Source: an uncultured Gammaproteobacteria bacterium (lineage in GTDB: Bacteria; Patescibacteriota; Microgenomatia; UBA8517). From it: DNA of 45,587 nt. The DNA lies in contig CAZCNT010000004.1 in NCBI GenBank assembly GCA_964500695.1, positions 1-45,587 of the forward strand, in the 5' to 3' direction. The position numbers and the translations under genes were made by a program. The notes under the pieces were generated by a model, which had not been told where the DNA came from, did no database searches, and was given only the letters and a program-made list of their open reading frames with translations. This document shows, one piece after another, positions 1 through 8,422 of this stretch (position 1 is the stretch's first letter; every line of letters starts with the position of its first letter).

Positions 1-173
1 TAACTCGAGATCAGCGCAACAACAGAAAGTAACAGAAACAACCTTGTGTAGACAGGGGTTAATGAAGTAAAATAGGGAGGTGTTATTGATAAGCGGCAGC
101 GAAAGATTTAATGCCAATATGTTCTTTAAGAAGACTAAGCTGGAGTTCCAAACTAGGCTCGACAAGAGGTCTT

Positions 174-202
174 AGGTTCGAGCAAAGTACGGTCACCAGC
201 TC
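174..202 (+). repeat. att-like imperfect direct repeat, copy 1
   Basis: aggttcgagcaaagtacggtcaccagctc; 25/29 identical to 660-688; contains T-loop-like GGTTCGA and runs into a tmRNA/tRNA-Ala-like 3' end CCAGCTCCA. Confidence 0.7.
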
Positions 203-278
203 CAAATGTGACAGAAATAAACAGAAATGTGCAGAAAATTACATTAAGTAGTACAATCTGCATCAATCAAGAATAAAT

Positions 279-521
279 ATGGCTTTTGAAGCATTAAAGG
301 CAAGATTATTAGGGGCGTTAACTACAGCCGAACAGCATATTCGACTGAGTAACATTAATGATGTTGAATCTAGTTCGGATCCAATCGCTACAAGACGTTA
401 TGAAGATGAACATAGAAAGGCGGCCATGGGAACAATTGATATGTTGTTGGAATCAGCTACAATAACACCAGAAGAAGCAGAGCGAAGAAAAGCGAGATGG
501 GATGTGCTGCATGGATATTAA
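279..521 (+). CDS. hypothetical protein (80 aa)
   Basis: ATG ORF with plausible composition; lies between the two 29-bp repeats. Confidence 0.6.
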   Translation: MAFEALKARLLGALTTAEQHIRLSNINDVESSSDPIATRRYEDEHRKAAMGTIDMLLESATITPEEAERRKARWDVLHGY

Positions 522-659
522 TATTATTTAACATGTTTGTACCATTTTTCGTAATTCTTGAAGCTTGGAATATCCATTCTGATTTTTAACAAATTAAGTT
601 TTAAAATAAGATCAGGAGTTATTAGACGGAATAAGTTTTCGAACAACCACAATGGAAAG

Positions 660-688
660 AGGTTCGAGCTGAGTACCGTCCCCAGCTC
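660..688 (+). repeat. att-like imperfect direct repeat, copy 2
   Basis: aggttcgagctgagtaccgtccccagctc. Confidence 0.7.
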
Positions 689-730
689 TGGTTTGACAGG
701 TTCACAACGTGGTAGTGGGATGAGAAGTTT

Positions 731-830
731 ACCCTGAGCGAAGTCGAAGGGATTCCCCCTACACGCTCTCGTCTTTCGCTAAAGCTATAATTGGATAGGA
801 AATAGGTGCTCCGAAGTTTTAACGTAGGAC
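731..830. repeat. cluster of REP-like palindromes
   Basis: accctgagcgaagtcgaaggg (731-751) nearly matches 43238-43258; ttcgctaaagcta and ctccgaagttttaacgtagga resemble 43338-43371. Confidence 0.6.
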
Positions 831-1030
831 ACCCCCTACCCCCTCTCGAAGCTAATTCTACTACTGGTAAGTAAACTCCATTCGTAAATAAGTCCGACCA
901 AAACCCCGACGATTGTCGATACAGCCTGCATCATTAATTCGATTTTACACCTCTTTTACAGAAAAATCTAAGAAAACTACACTTCAGCTCACAGTTTAAC
1001 TATGCTTAATGAAAAGGGTATAATCTAACT

Positions 1031-1372
1031 ATGAGGAAATTTAATGGAAGCAGATTGTATAAGTTAGTAAAGATTTTAGTCAATGTTGTAACAGTAATTT
1101 CCTTAGTTCTGGCTTTGATAATGTCAGGGAATAGTGAAAAATATATTTCTGGTCTTTCAAATGATTACGCAACTTGTCGGGATAGATGGGGGCCGCTTCT
1201 TGGACCCGATTTACCCGCTTGTGACGTACTCTTGAATGATATAGCTGAATACAGGGCTCGGGAAAGTTTCATGTGGAATTTAGGTATCTTTCTACCAATC
1301 GTTTTTTATGGAGGGACTTTCCTGTATAGATATTTGTTTCCAGTCAAGGATATGGTGAAAGCAAAAAACTAA
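1031..1372 (+). CDS. hypothetical two-TM membrane protein
   Basis: two hydrophobic segments around a loop with 2 Cys; TATAAT 6 nt before the ATG. Confidence 0.75.
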   Translation: MRKFNGSRLYKLVKILVNVVTVISLVLALIMSGNSEKYISGLSNDYATCRDRWGPLLGPDLPACDVLLNDIAEYRARESFMWNLGIFLPIVFYGGTFLYRYLFPVKDMVKAKN

Positions 1373-1495
1373 AAAAGGAATAGAAACAAATTCAAAAAGG
1401 TTTATGGTAATTGCGGTTAAGTGATGTTCAATTTGTGACTTTAGGCAACTTCAGCACCTCGCTTTTGTACAACACTGGAGTGATAACTATGAAGT

Positions 1496-1663
1496 TTAAA
1501 CAACAGTTTTTCCATCTATTTCTGATATTTTAATTTTTGTCCCTTTTATGATAAACACATCTTCTTTATTAGATATTGCCAAATCAAGATCTTGCGATTC
1601 TGTTGTTACATTATCAAATTCCTGAGTATGTCCATCTTTGAATTGAATTATTAATTTAGCCAT
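1496..1663 (-). CDS. small hypothetical protein (55 aa), not in the ORF track
   Basis: manual translation MAKLIIQFKDGHTQEFDNVTTESQDLDLAISNKEDVFIIKGTKIKISEIDGKTVV*; directly downstream of the lepB-like gene on the same strand. Confidence 0.55.
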   Translation of the reverse strand: MAKLIIQFKDGHTQEFDNVTTESQDLDLAISNKEDVFIIKGTKIKISEIDGKTVV

Positions 1664-1686
1664 TTTTAAAGTTAGATAATCAAATA

Positions 1687-2459
1687 TTAATTACAAAAAT
1701 ATTTTATTGAAGTAAACCTTCCCGATATATTCCGTCTATTAACGATGCCGAGGTCAACAACTTTTTGCCAATCCTCCTTTTTTGGGGAGAAAACAGTTAT
1801 ATTTGCACTTCCCGGAACTTGAAAAGCCGAAAGATCCGAGCGGGATCCAAAATTATCCAACATAACAAAATATTCATTATCTTTTAGGTTCATTTCGCCC
1901 TCTGGCCATGTACTTGAAAAGGAAATAAGGCCCCCCCAATTAATATGTGAATCATTTAGAATGTTTCCGTTTATCTTAATTTCCCCAGACTTAATCGAAA
2001 CCGATTCATTTGGTAAACCGACAATTCTTCCGTAAAACTCAGAACTAGAATCGGATTGATTGGAATATAAGATTACGTCACCTCTTTGTGGTGAATGGAA
2101 ATAATAACTGACTTTTTCAGTCCAAACACAATCGTTTTTACTGAAAGCGGGACCCATCAAATTATCGACAAGTTTTTGCGGACGTGCGACTAAAAGGTGA
2201 AAGAAAAAAAAAGTGCTAAAAGAAGGATTCCTATTAATATAACCCTTCTGCCTGCTTTACTTTTAAAAGCCCACACAAGAAGAGATATTCCCCCAATGGG
2301 AATCGACAGCAACAAAGGTATATTAAAACTTCCAAAAACGCCAATAAAAGACAAAATAAATACCGAAATTGATATCAACCAAATCCACATCCATAATTTT
2401 CCTTTCGAAGTTTTCTTTTCTTTCGTCTCAGTTTCAGTTTTACTCTCCGTTTGTTCCAT
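1687..2459 (-). pseudogene. signal peptidase I (S26)-like gene split at a T9 tract; catalytic Ser and Lys absent
   Basis: ORF 2190-2459 (TM helices) and ORF 1687-2160 (PQRGDVI, RIVGLP, YFVMLDN boxes) join if T9 (A9 at 2204-2212) becomes T10. Confidence 0.75.
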
Positions 2460-2469
2460 TACTTATTCG

Positions 2470-2498
2470 AGTATATGACGTACATTTTGCCTAGTCAA
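2470..2498 (-). promoter_or_regulatory. sigma70-type promoter of the lepB-like gene
   Basis: TTGACT-17 nt-TATACT, 10 nt before the ATG. Confidence 0.65.
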
Positions 2499-2534
2499 AT
2501 AGTAGGCTGTACAAAGAGTTTGTAATCTTTATAT

Positions 2535-3029
2535 TCAGTTTTCCTTCCAAATTAAATCTGGTCTTATTACTTCAACAAAATTTGGAAGGTAAATAACATC
2601 CAGACTAGTCTTTTCAATCGCGATATCAAAATTTTGTTGTTCTGTATCTATCAGGTAGATGCAATCTAAGAATCGATGGTTTCCGTCTCCCAATATTATA
2701 AAAGTGCCATCGTTGTTTGCAAAAATACAAAAATTTGGTTCTTGTAAACTATTTTTACGATAATACTTAATCTTTCCATTTTCTGTTTCTTCTTTAGCTA
2801 TTTGCCGGTAATCTGAATTTTTGGTCTTCTTTAATTGGTTAAAAGTTTGGGGAGTTTTAAACCAGGGAGGAATGCTTTTAAAAATTGTTTTCCAGGCCTG
2901 ATTTCCTGAAAGGAATTCTACCTTGGAATTTAATGGAATTAAATTCCAGCCAACGTGGATACCCACAGCAGGCCTACCCAAATGGTTAATAGATAAACGC
3001 CATTTTGAAATAAATTCTTCTGCTATCAT
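2535..3029 (-). CDS. hypothetical protein, possible ParB/Srx-like fold
   Basis: IILGDGNHRF resembles the DGxHR motif. Confidence 0.55.
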   Translation of the reverse strand: MIAEEFISKWRLSINHLGRPAVGIHVGWNLIPLNSKVEFLSGNQAWKTIFKSIPPWFKTPQTFNQLKKTKNSDYRQIAKEETENGKIKYYRKNSLQEPNFCIFANNDGTFIILGDGNHRFLDCIYLIDTEQQNFDIAIEKTSLDVIYLPNFVEVIRPDLIWKEN

Positions 3030-3140
3030 TTTACTTGCTATTTATGTCGATCCTACTCCAAAATCCCTAAAGGTCAAATATTTTGCTTTTGTACAAGGCC
3101 ACAAGTTTCTCTGAAAAAGTAGTAAAATAATTCTGTAGAT

Positions 3141-3884
3141 ATGAATAATAATTTTTTATTTATAGATGAATCAGGTGATCACAGTTTGAATAATATAAAT
3201 GCTGATTTTCCAATCTTTGCACTTCTTGGATTGGTTATTAATAGCACTGAATATGACAAGCTTTCAGAAGAAATTAATTCGTTTAAAATCAAATATTTTA
3301 AGACAACTGATGTAATTCTTCATAGCCGTGATATTAGGAAATGTGAAGGTGCATTCTCAATTTTGTTTAATTTAAAGATAAAAGAATCGTTTTATGCCGA
3401 TCTGAACCAGATATTATCTAAGTCTAATTTTTTACTTGTTGCATCAACAATACTAAAAAAGAAGCATATAGAACAATACGGAAAATTAGCTGACGATCCA
3501 TATGAAATAGCTTTGACATTCGTATTGGAAAGAGTTTTGTTTGAGTTTGATAAGAAAAATAATAATTCAAAATTGGATGTAATTATCGAAAGCCGTGGTA
3601 AAAAAGAGGATCTAACACTTTCAAAAAGATATGCTGAACTCTTAAGCAAAGGAAGCGGGCAAATATTGTCGAATCGGTTTATAACCAAATATTCTGATCA
3701 AATTAATTTTAAGAGAAAAAGAGAAAATGATATTGGATTACAAATCGCCGATCTGTGTGCATATCCAGTTGCAAGGCATGTACTTTATCCAAATGAGCCA
3801 TATCCGCCATTTGATATAATTTTGCCAAAAATAAGAAAAGGACCAAGAGGAATTGAAGGTTTTGGACTCAAAATATTCGCTTAA
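3141..3884 (+). CDS. DUF3800 family protein
   Basis: N-terminal FIDESGD, LHSRDIR, IESRG and C-terminal GLQIADL motifs. Confidence 0.88.
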   Translation: MNNNFLFIDESGDHSLNNINADFPIFALLGLVINSTEYDKLSEEINSFKIKYFKTTDVILHSRDIRKCEGAFSILFNLKIKESFYADLNQILSKSNFLLVASTILKKKHIEQYGKLADDPYEIALTFVLERVLFEFDKKNNNSKLDVIIESRGKKEDLTLSKRYAELLSKGSGQILSNRFITKYSDQINFKRKRENDIGLQIADLCAYPVARHVLYPNEPYPPFDIILPKIRKGPRGIEGFGLKIFA

Positions 3885-3940
3885 AAAACAAAAAGCCTTC
3901 TTGCGAAGACCTTTTGCCGATCGGGGACACCCCGGTCCGT
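3883..3940 (-). ncRNA. putative DUF3800-associated small RNA, convergent with the gene
   Basis: minus-strand TTGGCA-18-TATAAT (3974-3945), GC hairpin GGGG-TGT-CCCC, then GGTCTTC-GCAA-GAAGGCT hairpin and U tract. Confidence 0.6.
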
Positions 3941-4039
3941 TCGTATTATATACCATACTTGTCAAGTATGCCAAAAGAGAGGTCGGTAAAAATATAGCAA
4001 AAAATTTTTGCGTTTTCGAATTTGAACACAAAGGGAATG

Positions 4040-4140
4040 TTCGAGCCGATGTTTGCGGAGGCTTCGGCCGAAGGCCGAGCCGGAGCGAGGACGTCAGATT
4101 TCGCAGAAACGAGTTCTAACTTTTCAAATACCCGCTCAGT
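4040..4140. other. GC-rich palindrome at the right edge of the accessory region; possible island boundary
   Basis: ggcttcggccgaaggccgagcc hairpin in AT-rich context, followed by gagttctaacttttc. Confidence 0.35.
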
Positions 4141-4164
4141 ACAAGATTATCCTTTTGGTTATCA

Positions 4165-4599
4165 TCACACAGACAATTGATCTCCCTTATCTCTACTGGA
4201 CTCATAAATGACAATATGGTCAAGAATATGATCGTTTCGCTTTGGATGAATTCTTCTGGCTATGGCCAAATGAGGACGCTCCTCGTCTATCATTACCCTA
4301 CTCTTAAGCACCTCTTTCTCTGTTGCCATTTCCCTACGCTCAGAGCCATGGGAAACCGTTTCTACTTCTGTATTATAAATATAGATTTCTCCAACGGTAT
4401 CTACCCATGTCCTATTGGGACACTGCGCTGTTCGCAACTCCACACGCCCCGGTTTACCCGTTAGCGATATATTACATCGCACTCCTTGAGGAATTACTCT
4501 TATGGTTGGGTTTCCAAACAGGCGTGCTGTTGTTAAAGATTCGACAGTGAGATCAGGAATTTGTACGGGTACGGTAAAACTCAAGAGATATATGGACAT
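4165..4599 (-). CDS. hypothetical protein
   Basis: 144-aa ORF; TATACT 9 nt upstream of the ATG. Confidence 0.6.
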   Translation of the reverse strand: MSIYLLSFTVPVQIPDLTVESLTTARLFGNPTIRVIPQGVRCNISLTGKPGRVELRTAQCPNRTWVDTVGEIYIYNTEVETVSHGSERREMATEKEVLKSRVMIDEERPHLAIARRIHPKRNDHILDHIVIYESSRDKGDQLSV

Positions 4600-4643
4600 A
4601 GACCGTGTAGTATAAGACTGCAGCTGCGGGAAATCAAAAAAAA

Positions 4644-5375
4644 TTACTTCGCCTTGGAGCTTCCGATAATCACAATCACTTCATCTTTTGAAGTATCTGG
4701 GAGGGTTTGCGCCTTGCCCACACTATAGATGCCGGAAAGTGCCGTTGTAAGTTTTGAAACAAATTCTGCACTCACACTCGCAGTTGTTTTGATGATTGTG
4801 TCGGTATAGTCGTAATTATCTGCGTTTCCGGTTTTACTTACCTCAAAGCCCGCTTTAGTTAAGAGGTCCTTGGCACTCCCCGCAGTTCCGGCAACTCCGG
4901 ATCCATTTTGAACATTTATCGGGAATTTAGTTAAGTCGAGCTTTGCAGAAGGAGAAGCTGTGGGGGCCAGTGTGGGTTCAATGCTGGCTTCAGGCGTCGG
5001 GGATGCTTGCAACTCAAGGTTGACACCTCTCTGATAAAAATACACCCCTCCAAGGAGAGCGCCAAGAAGTAAAACTCCCGGAATAAGTATAAAAAGAGGA
5101 TTTGGGCCGGAGTTGGGCTTTACCGGTACAAATTCAGTTGTTGGTTTATCAACCGACGGTTCAAATTTTTCAGCTGCTTTTATGATTTCTTCCTGGATCT
5201 CTTCGGATTTTTCCACAGACTCCCCTATCTCTTCGGTAACACCATGAAGCTCTTCGACCTTTTCTTTGATTTCTTCAACGGGTTTTGTATCGGATACAAC
5301 AGGCTCCTTAACAGGTTCTGCATTAACTTCTTCCACAACCATCCTCTTTCTTGATTTAGATTCGTCTTTGGGCAT
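4644..5375 (-). CDS. LytR C-terminal domain membrane protein
   Basis: acidic N-terminus, one TM, Pro/Thr linker, VQNGSGVAGTAG...GNAD...VIIG motif. Confidence 0.85.
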   Translation of the reverse strand: MPKDESKSRKRMVVEEVNAEPVKEPVVSDTKPVEEIKEKVEELHGVTEEIGESVEKSEEIQEEIIKAAEKFEPSVDKPTTEFVPVKPNSGPNPLFILIPGVLLLGALLGGVYFYQRGVNLELQASPTPEASIEPTLAPTASPSAKLDLTKFPINVQNGSGVAGTAGSAKDLLTKAGFEVSKTGNADNYDYTDTIIKTTASVSAEFVSKLTTALSGIYSVGKAQTLPDTSKDEVIVIIGSSKAK

Positions 5376-5480
5376 TTATTTAGTATATCAGTAAATGCAA
5401 TAAGTACACAAATTACAAATGTCTTTGAGAAAAAGACAAATCAACTTGTTTTCTTTATATACTTTATTTAGAATAAACTT

Positions 5481-5816
5481 ATGCCGATAATTTCAGACTA
5501 CCCTCTTATATATAAGGCCTCATACTTCATGATGGCAGTTCCCACTCTTCTGGTCATCATAATCTCAATTCTTTCTTCTAAAGAGATGGGGGGAACTCTT
5601 GGAAGCGGGTTGAAAAAAGTCGCTTTGGGAACCATTATCGATTCCATTCAGATTATCGCTTATATTTTTTCAGAGAAAGGAATTCAGTGGATTGTTGATG
5701 GAAGAATTAGGAATTTCTTTTTCTTGGGTTCCGCAGTTATAGCCTCAGTCTTTTTGTTTACCGGTTTTTACCAAATTTACAAAATCACCAAAAAGTTGAA
5801 ACTCTCCAGCCCTTAA
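5481..5816 (+). CDS. hypothetical three-TM membrane protein
   Basis: three hydrophobic segments; TAGAAT 6 nt before the ATG. Confidence 0.7.
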   Translation: MPIISDYPLIYKASYFMMAVPTLLVIIISILSSKEMGGTLGSGLKKVALGTIIDSIQIIAYIFSEKGIQWIVDGRIRNFFFLGSAVIASVFLFTGFYQIYKITKKLKLSSP

Positions 5817-5904
5817 AAAGTATCCCTTATCCCGTTGGTGATGTGCCGGGCTACTAATAAGTGATGAAATTGCATTTTAGGTAAAATGGTCTATAATATC
5901 GATT

Positions 5905-6429
5905 ATGAATTTTAGACCAAAACGAATATTTCTGGCGGAAGATGACGAGAAAGAGAGGGAGAAGTTTAAAAAAGCCCTCCAGGAAGCAGGTCACACTGTC
6001 GTGATAGAAGCTGAGTCTCGTGAAAAAGCCCTATCCCTGATGGATGAAGCACTTGCCAAAGAGGTGGAAGTTGCCGTTCTAGATGGTTACATGCCGGATA
6101 AAGGAGATGGCCAAAAGGTAGCAGCGGAATTAAACAAAATACTCCCAAATTTGATCGTAGTTTCAGTATCCTCGATGTTCCTTGGTGTCTGGAAGGACCC
6201 TAATTTTGACGAAACTAAACCCTACCATCCCGATTTAAAAAACTACGACACTAACGGAAGGCATGAGTTTAGAGGGCCTGACTTCACTGCAGATCAAGTT
6301 GATTGGGATTTAGAGAAACTTGCCCAATGGATAGGAGAAACTGAATTTTCCTTACCAATCGAAAGTGAACTTAAAAAATTACCGACTTTTTTGGAATTTA
6401 TTCAAGGGAGCCAAAGAGAGAGAAAATAA
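5905..6429 (+). CDS. response regulator receiver domain protein
   Basis: IFLAEDD, phosphoacceptor VLDGYMP, VVSVSS. Confidence 0.85.
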   Translation: MNFRPKRIFLAEDDEKEREKFKKALQEAGHTVVIEAESREKALSLMDEALAKEVEVAVLDGYMPDKGDGQKVAAELNKILPNLIVVSVSSMFLGVWKDPNFDETKPYHPDLKNYDTNGRHEFRGPDFTADQVDWDLEKLAQWIGETEFSLPIESELKKLPTFLEFIQGSQRERK

Positions 6430-6600
6430 GTTCAGGTAAGGGAATAGAAATTTGGTTAATCTGGGTTATTCTTATGAAGATCGGGTGCGCATTCCGAAAC
6501 AGCTAGTTTCATTTGTTCAGGAAATAAAGTTATTCTCTCGCTTTCTAGCCCCCAAATTTTATCGATGTGTAGCCTGATATGTTATTATTTAAGAGGACAG

Positions 6601-7131
6601 ATGAATTATTACACGCTAAAAATAGATAAAATTACAAGGCAGTTGCCTATCATTTCAATCGGTGCAAATTTAAAAGTAGCCTCAGTAAATTTGTTGGGAG
6701 ATACGGAGCTTGTAGAATTAGTTGCTAAAAAGCTATTAATTAAACTTAAGAACCTAAAATTCGATTATTTTGTTGGCCCCGAAGTAAAAGTGGTTCCCTT
6801 GCTTCATACACTCTCAAGACTCTCTAAAAGTAATAGATATGTTGTTTGTAGAAAAAATATTTATGGATATATGGTTTCACCTGTTAAAACGAACTTAAAA
6901 AATCATTTTGTCATCAATGGACCGGATGTTAATCTCCTGAAAGGAAAAAGGGTTGTAATAGTGGACGATGTGGTAACTACAGGATCAACTTTTTATGCAA
7001 TAGAGAAGCTCATGGAACAAATAGGGGCCAAGGTTGTTGCAAAAGTCGCAGTTTTTAAACAAGGAGATAATTTACATATCAATAATGAGAACACCATATT
7101 TGTTTCTTCATTACCAACTTTTACTACTTGA
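6601..7131 (+). CDS. type I phosphoribosyltransferase (adenine PRT-like)
   Basis: PRPP-binding motif VVIVDDVVTTGST; ATG at 6601 preferred over 6565. Confidence 0.85.
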   Translation: MNYYTLKIDKITRQLPIISIGANLKVASVNLLGDTELVELVAKKLLIKLKNLKFDYFVGPEVKVVPLLHTLSRLSKSNRYVVCRKNIYGYMVSPVKTNLKNHFVINGPDVNLLKGKRVVIVDDVVTTGSTFYAIEKLMEQIGAKVVAKVAVFKQGDNLHINNENTIFVSSLPTFTT

Positions 7132-7252
7132 CGGGCTATTTATAAACCTTGTAGATTGTAAGTACATTAAAAGAGCCCGTAAGCCGCGGGCATAGATTTT
7201 TTAATAAAATGGCAGATAATAAATTATATTTTTATTTTTTTGATTATTTAAC

Positions 7253-7277
7253 AACTCGAGATCTCTCGGGTTTTTTT
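7253..7277 (+). terminator. intrinsic terminator-like hairpin
   Basis: aactcgaga-tc-tctcgggtt followed by a T tract. Confidence 0.5.
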
Positions 7278-7312
7278 ATGGGAAAAATACAAAGAACAGA
7301 GGTGATTAATTT

Positions 7313-7534
7313 ATGACAATTGATAATATGCTTCCATATAGAGGTCGCAATCTTGGAGATTTAAGTTTGCTTCCTGGAGAGGAGAGGGTGGAAATTGTAA
7401 GGAAAAACGTACTAGTAGTGAGTGATCAAGCCATAAAAGTAAATCCTAATGGGTTTACTGTTGTGCCTTTAAGAGGTTCAAATCACCCTCCTGAGGATGA
7501 AAAGAGAATTTTAGATGAAACAACTATAAAATGA
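7313..7534 (+). CDS. hypothetical protein
   Basis: GAGGTG RBS upstream; ATGA overlap with the next ORF. Confidence 0.55.
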   Translation: MTIDNMLPYRGRNLGDLSLLPGEERVEIVRKNVLVVSDQAIKVNPNGFTVVPLRGSNHPPEDEKRILDETTIK

Positions 7535-7854
7535 CAGCTGAGAACAGACCTCATTTTGGATTAGGTCACTTTTGTGCCGGGTGTCCGTTGTCTAATGTAC
7601 TACATAAGGATTGTCCTATGGTGGTTGTAAAAGATACCCGCCCGGAGACTACAGATGAAGCTCCCACGACCTCACGGTCGGGGTATCTTCTCCCCACGCT
7701 TCGTCGGGAGCGGAATCCCTCCGAAGCGAAAAACTCTTCGCTACAATCCGCGAGCTCACACTCTCGGTGTTTCGCGAAGGGGGATAAACAAAAAGATAAA
7801 CCCCAACCTCTAACAACAACGAAATCAGACTTACAGAACCGGTCTAAATTTTAA
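7531..7854 (+). CDS. hypothetical protein carrying a palindromic insertion
   Basis: ATGA-coupled; CxxC in the N-terminus; GC-rich insert in the middle. Confidence 0.45.
   Translation: MTAENRPHFGLGHFCAGCPLSNVLHKDCPMVVVKDTRPETTDEAPTTSRSGYLLPTLRRERNPSEAKNSSLQSASSHSRCFAKGDKQKDKPQPLTTTKSDLQNRSKF
7655..7788. mobile_element. putative non-autonomous miniature element with IS200/IS605-like end hairpins
   Basis: left hairpin cccacgacc-tcac-ggtcgggg, related right hairpin ccgcgag-ctcaca-ctctcgg, end gggggataaa; no transposase. Confidence 0.45.
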
Positions 7855-7914
7855 ATTCTTGAGGAGCCCACCAGATTAAACAAATCGTAAAAGAGATATT
7901 TTATATCAAACAAG

Positions 7915-8118
7915 TTATCCTGAATGATACGGATTTTCTCTTTCCCAATCCTTTGCAGAAATAAGCGGTGGTTTCCAGGTATCTGGTCTGGGGCTGTTAT
8001 CTTTAGTACTGTCAGGAGCCATATTTGCTAATTCCTCATTTTCTAAGATAGTCTCTAAAGGTAGAATCGGTCGGCCCATATTCTTTGGCTTAATACTGTA
8101 ATATATTTTTTCAGCCAT
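7915..8118 (-). CDS. hypothetical protein
   Basis: 67-aa ORF; TAAAAT 6 nt before the ATG. Confidence 0.55.
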   Translation of the reverse strand: MAEKIYYSIKPKNMGRPILPLETILENEELANMAPDSTKDNSPRPDTWKPPLISAKDWERENPYHSG

Positions 8119-8166
8119 AAGTGTATTTTAACAAATCATCCCTAATAAAGCAGCATTATGGGGTTT

Positions 8167-8185
8167 GGGTGATCGACGCGATTCG
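8167..8185 (-). repeat. 19-bp duplicate of the tRNA-His 3' end
   Basis: gggtgatcgacgcgattcg is identical to 8247-8265. Confidence 0.85.
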
Positions 8186-8247
8186 TGTTCATAATCACCC
8201 TCCTTATTTGGCACTATCGAAACAAGTCGGAGACTCAAGTCATCGAG

Positions 8248-8321
8248 GGTGATCGACGCGATTCGAACGCGCAACCCCCTGCTCCACAAGCAGGAGCTCT
8301 AACCGTTGAGCTACGACCACC
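8248..8321 (-). tRNA. tRNA-His(GTG)
   Basis: full cloverleaf with G-1, acceptor GTGGTCG/CGATCAC, C73, anticodon arm CCTGC-TTGTGGA-GCAGG, TTCGAAT loop; CCA not encoded. Confidence 0.95.
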
Positions 8322-8422
8322 ATATCACCAAGCTATTTTACCACATAGCCCTCTATTTTTAACAGTTTAGAATTTTTAAGGACCGTTGCAATTGCAATAA
8401 ACCCTGCCATAATTAATCCACA

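Noticed and set aside
1-204. 3' part of tmRNA (actaagc...ggttcga...ccagctcca)
   Set aside because: The T-stem cannot pair, no convincing tag ending in Ala-Ala, and the motif recurs at 660; treated as an att-like repeat.
1461-3096. 12-bp repeat gcttttgtacaa at 1461-1472 and 3085-3096 as cassette or integron sites
   Set aside because: Short and AT-rich, flanks do not extend, no attC-like structure or integrase.
3392-4550. ORFs 3392-3688, 3738-4031, 3853-4119, 4177-4464, 4323-4550
   Set aside because: Antisense or overlapping shadows of better-supported genes or of the RNA/palindrome region.
7170-7195. RNase P RNA 3' end (minus strand cggcttacgggctc)
   Set aside because: The preceding ACAGAA motif and the rest of rnpB are absent.
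8185-8370. 61-aa ORF
   Set aside because: Antisense translation of tRNA-His.
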